Origin: an uncultured virus (IMG/VR IMGVR_UViG_3300046517_001837)
Taxonomy: Duplodnaviria > Heunggongvirae > Uroviricota > Caudoviricetes
Virus record (IMG/VR): IMGVR_UViG_3300046517_001837
Strand: one strand, 5' to 3'
DNA: 64,000 bases
Shown piece after piece: positions 10,328 through 20,238 of the stretch. The first letter of the stretch is position 1, and every line of letters begins with the position of its first letter. A program made the position numbers and the translations under genes. A model generated the notes under the pieces. It was not told the DNA's origin and did not search any database. It was given only the letters and a program-made list of their open reading frames with translations.

Positions 10328-11377
10328 ATGCCATCAGAACTGTTTCTCACATCGATTCGCGGGATGCACGACACCTCGCGCCGCGCGGACCTCGGCCTGA
10401 CCCCCGCCGGGCTCGAGCAGCTTTGCGCGTGGATCCTGAACGAGTGCGCAGAAGATGCCGCGCGCGCGCCCGAGCCCGCACCGGCTGTGGCCGCGCCCAA
10501 GGCCATCGAAAAGCCCGCCGACCACAAGCAGCTTGAAGAGGCCTACGACCGCGTCACGCACGAGCTCGGGCACACGCGCGACCTACTGATCGCCATGCGC
10601 AAAGCCTGCGTGCCGCTGGACGGCGAGGAAACGCCAGCCTTTGCCATTCGCGTGATGGGGCTCGCTTCGAGCGACATCGGCGAACTCTCCGACGCGCCCG
10701 AACGCGAGACACAGAAACTGCGCGACCTGCTCGGCTCGTGCGAGCGCTCGCGCAACGACTGGAAAGCGCGCTTCGAATCGATCGACCGCCAGGGGGAGGC
10801 CGTGACGCGCGAGCGCGACCGGCTACGCGAGCAGCTCGACGCGCTCAAGGATCTGCGCGGCGTGAGCGCGACCGAAGTGGCGCTGAAAGAGCGCGTCGCC
10901 GAGCTTGAGGGCGAGCTCACGCGCGAGCGCTTGCGCAGCCCCGAGATCATCACGCCGAAGCCGTGCACGCACGAAGGCATCGGCCTGCCTGGTTGCAAGA
11001 TCTGCGACCCGCGCACCGAGAGCCAAGGCGGCCCCCAGCCCGACCTGCCCAGCCGCCATGATGTGCGGATGATCGCGGAAGCATGGATCGGCCCATACAT
11101 CAGACCGGCGTCCGAAGAAAGCGAGCAGCGGCACCTTCTGCCTATGCACACGATCATCGACTTCGGGCTCTCGCTGCTGAAGACGTACGACCCGCGCAAT
11201 CGCCAGATCAAGCCCGGCGACGTGCTGCAGATCGAGCGTGAATCAGGCCTCCCTGCGTTCTTGCTGGTAGAAAATACCGACGACTACGTGCGCGGGCAGC
11301 TCTACACGGCAGAGCCAGGTCGCCACAGGGTGCTGCTCACGAACATCCTGGTGCGTGTCGGCAAGGCCGCTCCATGA
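10328..11377 (+). CDS. Coiled-coil hypothetical protein, first gene of the plus-strand block
   Basis: Long ORF with a heptad-rich middle; start preceded by TTGCGC-17 nt-TAGGCT-7 nt-ATG. Confidence 0.7.
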   Translation: MPSELFLTSIRGMHDTSRRADLGLTPAGLEQLCAWILNECAEDAARAPEPAPAVAAPKAIEKPADHKQLEEAYDRVTHELGHTRDLLIAMRKACVPLDGEETPAFAIRVMGLASSDIGELSDAPERETQKLRDLLGSCERSRNDWKARFESIDRQGEAVTRERDRLREQLDALKDLRGVSATEVALKERVAELEGELTRERLRSPEIITPKPCTHEGIGLPGCKICDPRTESQGGPQPDLPSRHDVRMIAEAWIGPYIRPASEESEQRHLLPMHTIIDFGLSLLKTYDPRNRQIKPGDVLQIERESGLPAFLLVENTDDYVRGQLYTAEPGRHRVLLTNILVRVGKAAP

Positions 11378-12498
11378 TCCGCCTGGGCACGAAGGACGAC
11401 GACAGCGCGCTGAACCTGCCCAGCGACGTCACCACGCAAGCCATGGCGGTGATCGGGCGCCGCGGCTCGGGCAAGACGTACACCGCGGGCGTGATCATCG
11501 AGGGACTGTTGCGACAGGGCTCGCACGTGGTGGCTATCGACCCGGTGGGCACCATGCACGGGCTCGCGCACCTGGCCGACGGCACGCCTTCCAATCTCGG
11601 CGTGGTCATCTTCGGCGGCGACCATGCGAACGTCGATATCGAAGAAACGCAGGGCGCCGCGGTCGCCATGGTGGTGGTGCGCGAGAACGTCAACGCGGTG
11701 ATCGACGTGTCGCCATGGAGCAACGCCGCGCGACGCCGTTTCATGACCACCTTCAGCGAGACTTTCAACCAGGAGATCAAGCGCAAGCAGCACCCGATCA
11801 CGCTGGTGATCGATGAAGCGCAGCTCTTCCTGCCGCAGAACCCGCCCAAGGGTGACGAACGCATGGTGGGCGCTCTGACGTATTACGTGCGCCTCGGTCG
11901 GAACTTCCGAGGCGGCTGCATCCTGATCACCCAGCGCCCGCAGAGCGTGACCAAGGAAGCGCTGAATCAGTGCGAGGTGCTGATCCTCGGCCAGCTGACA
12001 GGCCCGCACGAGCGTAAGGCCATCGAGGCATGGGTGGTCGAGAACGTCGCCGACGTGGCCGGCGCGCGGCAATGGCTGCGCGAGCTCGTGAGCCTGCCTG
12101 TGGGGACGGCCATGGTGTGGTCACCGCAGTGGCTCAAGGTCTTCGAGAAGGTGAAGATCTCGAAGAAGACCACCCTGGACACGGGCTCGGGCAGCGTGAA
12201 GGTCAGCACGCCATCGGTAGGGAACATCGTGTTGACCGCCAAGCTGACCGAACGCGATATCGCCGAAGTGGTAGGCGAGATCGTAAACCCGGCATCGGAA
12301 GAGCTCGTTAGGTTGCTCGCGCACGAGATCGGCGAGCCGCTGACCGCGCGCTTCCAAAAAGAGAGGCGGATCGCCTATGTGCTGCACCTGTTCGACACGA
12401 ATGGCGGCGGCGCGATCGGAACCATCGCCAACGTCAGCCGCGAGTCGAAGATCGCCATTGTCGAACGCTGGCTTTCCTTCGTGAAGGCGGGGAACTGA
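11374..12498 (+). CDS. HerA/FtsK-superfamily (DUF87-like) P-loop ATPase
   Basis: Walker A 'GRRGSGKT', Walker B 'LVIDEAQ', arginine finger 'GRNF' and 'ITQRP' motif. Confidence 0.88.
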   Translation: MIRLGTKDDDSALNLPSDVTTQAMAVIGRRGSGKTYTAGVIIEGLLRQGSHVVAIDPVGTMHGLAHLADGTPSNLGVVIFGGDHANVDIEETQGAAVAMVVVRENVNAVIDVSPWSNAARRRFMTTFSETFNQEIKRKQHPITLVIDEAQLFLPQNPPKGDERMVGALTYYVRLGRNFRGGCILITQRPQSVTKEALNQCEVLILGQLTGPHERKAIEAWVVENVADVAGARQWLRELVSLPVGTAMVWSPQWLKVFEKVKISKKTTLDTGSGSVKVSTPSVGNIVLTAKLTERDIAEVVGEIVNPASEELVRLLAHEIGEPLTARFQKERRIAYVLHLFDTNGGGAIGTIANVSRESKIAIVERWLSFVKAGN

Positions 12499-12645
12499 TG
12501 GGCGACTACTACGAGAGCAAGCGCGAGGCCGCGCTCTGGGTGCCCTTCCACGGCGGCAATGGACAAGTGCACATTTGGACGGGCACTGACCTCGGCATGC
12601 CTCAGACCAGCGTGGTCATGGCCCGGCCCATGCAGAGCCCCGCGC

Positions 12646-12807
12646 ATGCTGACCATCCTGTGGCTGATCCTGATCGTGTATCTGGTGGCGGCGTTGCTCA
12701 GCTGGCTGCCGGCGCCGCAGTTCTCGGGGCGCAACCCCGTGTTCTTGATCTTGGTGGTGGTCCTGCTGATCGTGCTGCTGCGCGAGCCGCTACACATTCG
12801 CTGGTAA
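12646..12807 (+). CDS. Small two-TM membrane protein nested within ORF 12498..13121
   Basis: MLTILWLILIVYLVAALLSWLPAPQFSGRNPVFLILVVVLLIVLLREPLHIRW has two clean hydrophobic helices. Confidence 0.6.
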   Translation: MLTILWLILIVYLVAALLSWLPAPQFSGRNPVFLILVVVLLIVLLREPLHIRW

Positions 12808-13875
12808 AGCCACGTCGTTACGACGACTGCGGCCAGTACTCGACCGAGCGGTGCGGTGGCTGCGATGCCTGCCTGGGCATGCAGTTCCCGGACGCTCCGA
12901 CCGAAGAAGAGCACTGCGCAGCGATCGAGCGTCGGCGAATCGAGGATGAGGCAATCAACAAGGCTTACGACGTGCTCACCCACGTGCAGCCCATCCGCGC
13001 GCGCCAGTGCGTGCGGTGTGGCGCGCAGTGGCAGGTGGGGCGCTATGGGCTCGAGCTCGCGCCGCGTGCGATCGTGGGCGCCGCGGCGTTCACCTGCCCA
13101 GACTGCGCGGGGCGGTCATGAGGCAAGGCCCGCATATCGCGCCCGCGCGCAGCTTCAGACCCACCGCCCTGGGCAGCGAGTACACGCGCCGGCATGTGCC
13201 CATTGATGAGCTTCTGCGCGTCGCCAAGGCGCTCGACGGCAAGGTTTCGTGGTCCGCGAAGGTCGGCCAGTGGGTCATGCGACTCGAAAGCGTGGACGCC
13301 TTTCACTACTGCTTCGGAAACACCCCTGGGCACGTGCTGCACACGCTTGAGTGCGTCCTGTGGGGAACGACGCGCGCCAAAACGCTCTACGCGCTGACCG
13401 ACACGGCGCCTGGCTCGGCGCCGCAAGCAGGGGAGCACGCGCGCCTCGGCCGCGAAGACCGGCGCGGACGACAGCTTTAGCCAAGCGAGGCTAGGCTTTT
13501 CGGTTCGCGCCGGTATCAGCCCGGGATCTGGCGAGACCAAACAACCTGGAAGGTAGCCTGCGCTGGCTAAATCCGCGCCTCATTCCTGGTCGCAAAACCG
13601 GAAGCGCTTATGCCCGGCGGACGTTTTATATGCGCGCTATCAAGGGTAGCCGTGCAGCACCCGGTGCACCGTTCCCTCGAAAAACGACGGGCTTACGTTG
13701 TGATAGCGCGCGAGCTCGATGGTCAGCGCCATCGACTGAAACACCAGCCCCGGGTCGATCTTCGTTTCGCGGCCGCGCCAGGTCTGCATGCGCCGGTAAA
13801 GGGCGCGCAGGTCGTCCACGCTGGTGGATGTGCGGGCCGCGAGCGCTCGAGCGGCGTCTTCGATCTCGGCGTTCG

Positions 13876-14154
13876 TCATACGTCGAGAACGTAGCCGCCT
13901 TCGAATGCGTCGGCCGGGCTGTAGCTCGTGTAGCCGTCTGCATAGGCCACGAAGTAGCCGCCCAGCTTGGGCTCATGTCGCTCGAGCCAACGGGTGGTGA
14001 TGGGGTAGGCCGCCTGCTTCCCATTCACGGTGAAGCAGAGCAGCCAGTTATCGCCAAGGCTCTCTATTGATTCGATTTTCGCCGCGCGCACCCGCTTGTG
14101 ACAGACGTACAGCGGCAGCGCAGTCGGTTCTACGTGCTGGGGCTGATCACTCAT
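13876..14154 (-). CDS. Conserved small phage protein; candidate signal sponge
   Basis: 'LYVCHKRVRAAKI...PKLGGYFVAYADGYTSYSPADAFEGGY' motif; strong SD (AGGAGG). Confidence 0.75.
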   Translation of the reverse strand: MSDQPQHVEPTALPLYVCHKRVRAAKIESIESLGDNWLLCFTVNGKQAAYPITTRWLERHEPKLGGYFVAYADGYTSYSPADAFEGGYVLDV

Positions 14155-14193
14155 ATGTCCCTCCTAGGTCGAGACCTTACGCAGCCGGGCCGG

Positions 14194-14230
14194 AAAAAGA
14201 GAGAGCCCCGGTCGATTTCTCGGCCGAGGC
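14194..14230 (-). terminator. Intrinsic terminator
   Basis: Minus-strand GCCUCGGCCGA-GAAA-UCGACCGGGGC hairpin followed by UCUCUCUUUUU. Confidence 0.65.
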
Positions 14231-14325
14231 CCCCACACAGTGCGCCTAAGGAGGCCCGCCGGGTTGGCTCGCATATGCGCCGACGGGTTGCGGATACAGT
14301 CGCGCTGCCCGCTCAGTTTACCGCG

Positions 14326-15420
14326 TCAGCCGTCCTGAGCGAGCGGGTCAATCCGACGCAGAGGCGGGTAAGCCGGGCGCGCGGGCTTCTCGGGCGCTTC
14401 CATCCTCGGGACCGTGACGACACGCTCACCGTTCTCGATCTGGGGAAGCACGGGGTCTGGTAGCCGCATGGTGGCGCCGTTACCAAGCGCCTGCGCCGTC
14501 TCGGCAGCTTCGAGCGCGGCGTGCGCGTCGTCTTCTTCCTCTTCGGCGTCCCCAAGCTGCTTGGCGAGCTCGGCCACGGTGGCGGCGTCCGGCTCGAGCA
14601 CGGCCACGCCCTCAGCGTCGATCGCCTGCTGCGCGCGGGGCGCTTCCTCAGGCCAGCAGCCGTGGTCGGCGTAGAAATCGAGGTCTTCGTTCGAGCGCTC
14701 GTCCATGTCGCGCTCGAAGGGCACTTCTGGAATGGCGGTTTCGGTCACGGTCGCGGTGGTGCTCGAGCCGTCTGGGAGCTGCTTGGTGACGCTGACCTGG
14801 CGGGTCCGCGCGTCGTACTGGGCGGGTACGTCGAGGGCCGAGAAACGCTCGTGCAGGTCCGGCACGGGCTCGTTTCGCTCGGCTGCCTTGTGCACGTAGT
14901 CGGCGAGCAGCGTGCGATCGGCGCGATGCGCGCGGGTCCGCGCGTAGTCCCGCTCGACGCTGGCGAGCAGCTGCAGGGCCACCTTGGGGTCTTTCTGGGC
15001 GTGCTCAAGCAGGAGCTCACGCAGCTTGACCACGTATTCGCTGGCGGCGCGGTCCCACTCGATGGCCAGGTGTCGGGTGAGCTTTCGCCAGGGCGCGACC
15101 GAATCGCCGCGGCGGTGCTTAGCGTGCGCAGCGAGAGCGCGGCCATCCACGAGCCAGGCCTGAGCTGCGATCGGGTCGAGGCCTGCGAGCTCGGCGGCGT
15201 CAGCGAGCGGCAGCAGCGCGCGCCTTCCGCGTAGGAGTGCATCCACCGCGGGCTTGGTGATCCGCGTGCATAGGAACTCGCGGCTTCCGTGCTCGTACTT
15301 CGGGAGCTTTCGCTTGGTCTTCTTGTACGGGGCGGGCACCGGCTCGAAGTCGGGCTGTGGTTTGGGCACAGGTAGGCTGGGCCTGCCCCGTCGGGCGGAT
15401 GGCGTCGGTTTGCGGCTCAC
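14326..15420 (-). CDS. Terminase small subunit-like HTH protein with long acidic extension
   Basis: 'ITKPAVDALLRGRRALLPLADAAELAGLDPIAAQAWLVDG...DRAASEYVVKL...AQKDPKVALQLL' resembles HTH-type TerS. Confidence 0.5.
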   Translation of the reverse strand: MSRKPTPSARRGRPSLPVPKPQPDFEPVPAPYKKTKRKLPKYEHGSREFLCTRITKPAVDALLRGRRALLPLADAAELAGLDPIAAQAWLVDGRALAAHAKHRRGDSVAPWRKLTRHLAIEWDRAASEYVVKLRELLLEHAQKDPKVALQLLASVERDYARTRAHRADRTLLADYVHKAAERNEPVPDLHERFSALDVPAQYDARTRQVSVTKQLPDGSSTTATVTETAIPEVPFERDMDERSNEDLDFYADHGCWPEEAPRAQQAIDAEGVAVLEPDAATVAELAKQLGDAEEEEDDAHAALEAAETAQALGNGATMRLPDPVLPQIENGERVVTVPRMEAPEKPARPAYPPLRRIDPLAQDG

Positions 15421-15775
15421 CCTGTGTCCTTTTCAGGTCGTGCCGGGAGGGTTTTTTCAGGGTGGCTTCGCGCGATTGAAACGCCCCTGAAGGCGGATCA
15501 AAGCGCAAATCCCAAAGGAGATCCACCACGTCAACGCCCAGAGCGCGCGCGATACGAGCGATCTGGGGCAAAAACACCTTTTGCCTACCTTGCTCGAAGC
15601 TGCTGATCCGGCTGAGGTGCAGGCCCGTGCGACGTGCGAGCTCGCCGCGTGAGACCTCAGCCTCAATGCGCAGCATGCGTGCGCGTGCGCCTGCGTAGCG
15701 GTGCGCTTCGGAGGGGGGGACGAAGCGCACCGCCGGCTTGAAGTAGTCCTCTACGATTTCTGGAAGTCGGCGCAC
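15200..15775 (-). CDS. XRE-family HTH transcriptional regulator
   Basis: 'RMLRIEAEVSRGELARRTGLHLSRISSFEQGRQKVFLPQIARIARALGVDVVDLL'. Confidence 0.8.
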   Translation of the reverse strand: MRRLPEIVEDYFKPAVRFVPPSEAHRYAGARARMLRIEAEVSRGELARRTGLHLSRISSFEQGRQKVFLPQIARIARALGVDVVDLLWDLRFDPPSGAFQSREATLKKPSRHDLKRTQGEPQTDAIRPTGQAQPTCAQTTARLRAGARPVQEDQAKAPEVRARKPRVPMHADHQARGGCTPTRKARAAAAR

Positions 15776-17976
15776 ACACGACCTGGTGGGTTTGGGGGGG
15801 GTCGAGCGCGTCAGGCGTCGGTGCGGTTTCCGGTGCGCGCGTTCGCCTCGCGCTGGGCGCGCAGCTCGAGCTCGCGCCTGACGGCTTCGAGCGGGCAGTG
15901 CGGGTCGTCGCAGGTGTGCTCGAGAATGAGGTGGGCGTTGTCTGGGTCAGCACCGGCGACCAGGCGCGCGACGGTCACCTGCCGGTCGTAGGGCAGCCCA
16001 TCCAAGCCGCCGGCAGCCAGGGTGCGGCGCTCTTCGTCGGTCAGGGCAGGCTCACCCCCTTTGACGAGGAGGTCGTTCACCTTTCGGAGATCCGCCAGGG
16101 ACTCGAAACGGCGGCGCGCAAAGCCTCCTATCGACTCCATCAGCGCCACGACCTGAGCTGGCTTGGCGTCTGGAACGGACTCAACGACAAGATCGGTCAC
16201 GGCGTCGCCCAGCGCCCGAGCAAAAACGGCCATACCGGCCACGGTGATGCGCTTGGCTTCCGCGGTGCTGGCCGCGCCTTCGACATCAGCGCGCATTTCG
16301 GCCAGAGCCGTCTCGAGCCTCTTGAGGGTGCCTGCGAAGACGCCCGGGATGTGGTCCGGGTAGTAGCGCGCGATATCGTCGTAGATGCTCTCTTTCATTG
16401 AGCTTTTCATTTGTTCGTACAGGCTGGGCGGGGGCGTGCTCATGATTAGCGTTCCTTTTTGACCGGGACGTGGGGCGGGTTGTTGGTGAATCTGAGGGCG
16501 GGTTTGCCTTGGAAGTCGGGCAGGCGCACGACCGGGAGCGCGTGCCCCGCCAGGTTGACCCTGGCCGACTTGACGTCGAGATCGAGCGCTTCGAGCGCGT
16601 CGCGCGCGTAACGGGCGTGGAGGATGCGCTGCTGCCTGCTGGGGGGATGGTCTTCATGCAGCTGGCGCGAGAGCGCGGCCCAGAACGTCAGGTGTTTGAC
16701 GGGCAGGCGCTCATCGGCGCGGAAGCGGTCGACTTCGCGCCGCATCGGCCCATAGAACGCCTCGAACAGCTCGTTTTTCTTTAGCTTTGTATCGCTCCGT
16801 TTGGCGCGACGCGCCTGGGTGACGCGGTCCATTTGCTGGCGGAAGCGGATGCGGCAGCCGAGCGCGCCCCGCATGACCAGCAGGCGGCCGCAGTCGAAGC
16901 ACAGGGTTACCCACTCTTTGCCGAGGGAGCGGAAGGTGGTGTGCTCGGCGTTGGGCTTTTCGCAGAGCGAGCAGACGCCGCGAACGGCGGTGTAATCCTT
17001 CATTGAGACGAAGGTCCAAGGCCCTCGGGCGGCCATGTCGGCGAGCCCAGACGGCGCGGCGGTTTCGGGGGCGGCAGCGGGTCGAGCTTCGTGATCGGTC
17101 ATGGGGTTGTCTCGGGCAGGGCCAGGCGCTGGCGCGCGAGGGCGTTGAGGACGGCTTGCTTGAGGGCGGACGTGTAGAAGCGGCCGCAGTCGAGGCACTC
17201 GCTATCGAGCGCCATCATGGCGACGTAGCGGCGCCCAGAGCCCCCGCAGCAGGGGCAGGACTGCACCCAGCGGGTGGTAGCGACCATGGGGGTATAGAGG
17301 CCGGGCATTAGGCAATCTCCCGCAGCCAGGCGGCGACTCGGCGCGCGCGCTCGATGCTCTTCTCGGTATCCCTGACCAGGTCCGATCCGATGCTGAGCTG
17401 CCTACGCCGCACATCGGCGAGCCAGTTCTCTTCGCGGTCCGCGGACGCCTCCAGATCGGTGATGGCCGAGACCAGCGCGGCTGTATCAGGCTTTTTTGGG
17501 CGTTTGCGCTTGGTGGCGATGACGACCGTTAGGGGGGCATTGCGCACGCTGTCGAGCTCGCCGCCCGGCAGGCAGACGCGGTCGTGATCGGCGCCCTTCT
17601 CTGTTTTCTTGGCCATGATCAGGCGAACCAGGGGCCGGCGAGGCCGGCGCGCACGAGTGCCTGACGGTCCACGCCTTGCTCGAGCAGCGCGAAGAAGCAG
17701 TCGCGATCCCCGAACACGCCCGCGGTGTGCTTGTAGCGCTGCGCGTCCCAGAGCCTCTGCACGTCTTGCTTGGTGAGCGTCTTTTTGGGTGCGGTGCTCA
17801 TGAGCGAACCTCCGTCGAGAGCGCCCAGATCCCCGAGGGCTCTTGGTCGGCCGAGGTGAAGACCTGCGCGAGCAGCGCCGAGACGGCGGCGAAGGTGTCG
17901 AAGCCGTGGGCGTGCGCCTCGACGGTGTGGAAAGGGTCCTGGGCCACCGCGGCGGCCAGCTGCGCGTCAGAGACCA

Positions 17977-18147
17977 TTATGCGGCCTCGCTTTCGAGCGA
18001 GAGACCGAGCTCGGCGCACAGGGCGAGGCCGAGGCGCTCGCTGAGCTCGAAGTCGATGGCCGTAGCCGTCTCTTTGTCCGTGTGAAAGGAAAGGCGCCAG
18101 TGATCCTTCAGCGCCTCGGTGCTCAGCTTGCTCAGTAGATTGCCCAT
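17977..18147 (-). CDS. Hypothetical protein headed by repeat copy 2
   Basis: ATG 7 nt after the repeat RBS; 56 aa. Confidence 0.6.
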   Translation of the reverse strand: MGNLLSKLSTEALKDHWRLSFHTDKETATAIDFELSERLGLALCAELGLSLESEAA

Positions 18148-18154
18148 GTCCCCG

Positions 18155-18228
18155 CCCCATCTCTGCCGCGCTTGGCGGCCCCGTAAGAACAATCATCAGC
18201 TATCCCAATACCGTTTGCAAACGGAATC
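18155..18228 (-). repeat. Dispersed promoter/stem-loop/RBS element, copy 2
   Basis: Identical to copy 1 over 74 bp. Confidence 0.95.
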
Positions 18229-18568
18229 GAACGTCAGTCGGTGCCCAGGTGGGATTGGCTGGTGATTTCGAGGTTCGGGACGATCAGCACTTCGACGCCG
18301 CACCGAAGTACGACCGTGTAGCGGCGGCGCGAGTCTGTAATCGAGGTGATGCGCAGCGCCTTACGCTTCACGAGCTCGGTGAGCAGCCCAAAGACCGCTT
18401 CCACGGCTTCGCGCTTCTCGCCCGGGTAGAGGCTGGGCACGGCGTTGACGTAGCAGAGAATGCCCAGCGGGCGGGCGCTTGGCGGAATGGCTCGCGTCAC
18501 GTTGACGACAGCGCTCAGGTCGACGCGCAGCTGTTCGAACTGCCGGCGCTCTTCGGGGTTTTGGCCGA

Positions 18569-19024
18569 TCATGGGGCGATCCGAAGCGCGAGTGCGCGCG
18601 GGCGTTCCCACACGTTGGCATCGAAGATCAGCACCACGCCGCATTCGCGCGCGCCTGCCGGCGTGCCTACGGTGTGGTGGTGGCGCGTGTCGTCGATCGC
18701 AGCCCAGCCATCGTTGCGCATCACCTTCATTTTCACGAGCGCATCAAGGCTCATCTTTGACGCGACGAACTCTGCGCCGTCTTTGTCGCGGCGCTTGTCC
18801 GGATGGTAGTGGACGAAGGTGATCGCCAGCGCGAGCGGCAGCGGCGCAAAGCCTTGTTGCAGCGCCAGCCAGCCGATCTTGTGCGTCCATTCTTTCTTGG
18901 CGTCGGCGAAGCCATCGATGCGCTTGCCGTTGGCCTTCGTGAAGCCGCGCGCCTTCTGGTCGATCAGGTCGTTGATCGTCGGCATGATGCCGGGCACCCA
19001 GAGCGCCTTGGGTAGCGCACTCAT
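18569..19024 (-). CDS. RusA-like Holliday junction resolvase
   Basis: 'PDKRRDKDG...KMSLDALVKMKVMRNDGW' matches the RusA RRD.DN...K...DAL......DD pattern. Confidence 0.75.
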   Translation of the reverse strand: MSALPKALWVPGIMPTINDLIDQKARGFTKANGKRIDGFADAKKEWTHKIGWLALQQGFAPLPLALAITFVHYHPDKRRDKDGAEFVASKMSLDALVKMKVMRNDGWAAIDDTRHHHTVGTPAGARECGVVLIFDANVWERPRALALRIAP

Positions 19025-19737
19025 GCCTTACGCCTAGGCAGAAAACGAGTGCACAGGCTGTCGGTGAAGTTGGCAAAAAGCAGCGTGCAATAAGCGTATT
19101 TCCACCAATCTTTGTCGAAAAACAAGCACGCCACGCCGATGCCCAGGGCGACGGCGCCGCTGATCAAGCCAATCCAAAAGAGCAATGCCTTACCGATCGT
19201 CATTGTTCCTCAAGCAGCTTCGCGCGACGGCGGAAGCGCTCGGCGGTGGTGTGCTGGCCGTGGGCGTGTGCGAGCTCGGCCGCCTCGTGCAGAAGCGCGC
19301 TGGTCAGCACCTCTTCGCCGATCGACTGCTCAGCGAAGTGCAGATCCATCAGGTTTGCCGAGACCGTGAGCGCCTCGATCTCAGCGCGGTCGAAGTTGCG
19401 CGAGCTCGGCGCATCGTTTCCCACGCGGTGCGTGAGGTTGGCAATGCGCCGCTGCAGCGTCTGCAAGTGCTTGCGGGAGGGTTTGATCAGGTCGTCTTCG
19501 GCTCTGGTGTTCATGAGGGGGAGTCTATCCGTAGCCTTTGGTGCTGGTAGAGCGGATGCGGAAGCATCTTCACGCACCCGGTGCCGCTGTCTACGGCGCA
19601 ATAATCCGCGGTGAAGACCGGGCGGCCGCCGGCGATGGCCACAATGCGACCGAGCAGCTGGCCGGTGTGCGTGCGCGGCGCGCGCGGGTCGCGCTTGAGC
19701 GCGCGCCTGCACATGCGATCTCTTTGTTTGAAGCTCA

Positions 19738-20238
19738 TCATTTTGATCGGACCTTTCCAAAGCTGTTTTTGGTCGTGCCGCAGTCCACCAGCTGAAACCA
19801 GCGCGGGCGCGAATCGGCGATGCCGTGCCAGTGCAGCGAGTCCGGGCATGGGTCCATCACGCGGCCGCGGATCCAGTCCTCGACGTAGGCGCGCGCCGCG
19901 GCGACCTGGCGACCGCGCGCGCTCGCATCACCCGGCGTCAGCACGCGGATCGAGCGCGGGCGTGCGGCATCGCTTTTGAGCGTGGCGCTGTAGCTCATGA
20001 TCCGGCTCGGCGTGTCGCCGTAGCGATCGAGCCTGTGCTGCAACGTCCAGAGGATGGCGGCCCAGTCATAGACCGAGCGATCGGCCTCAGCGACCAGCAC
20101 GCGCGACAGTACGTCTTCATGGCCGCGCCAGGCGCCCGACGGGTGCACGAAGGCCTGCGCCTGGGAGACTGCGGCCAGGAAAGCCACCGACATGGCGAGC
20201 ACGAACAGGCTCAGAAAAAACGCGGTTTTGACTCTCAT
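19738..20238 (-). CDS. SleB/Hydrolase_2-like cell wall hydrolase with signal peptide
   Basis: N-terminal signal peptide; 'LSRVLVAEA...AILWTLQHR...DPCPDSLHWH...PRW' follows the SleB pattern with catalytic Glu. Confidence 0.65.
   Translation of the reverse strand: MRVKTAFFLSLFVLAMSVAFLAAVSQAQAFVHPSGAWRGHEDVLSRVLVAEADRSVYDWAAILWTLQHRLDRYGDTPSRIMSYSATLKSDAARPRSIRVLTPGDASARGRQVAAARAYVEDWIRGRVMDPCPDSLHWHGIADSRPRWFQLVDCGTTKNSFGKVRSK

Noticed and set aside
11374..12498. HerA ATPase as part of a defence system (Sir2-HerA type)
   Set aside because: No recognisable effector partner adjacent; stand-alone ATPases of this kind occur in phages
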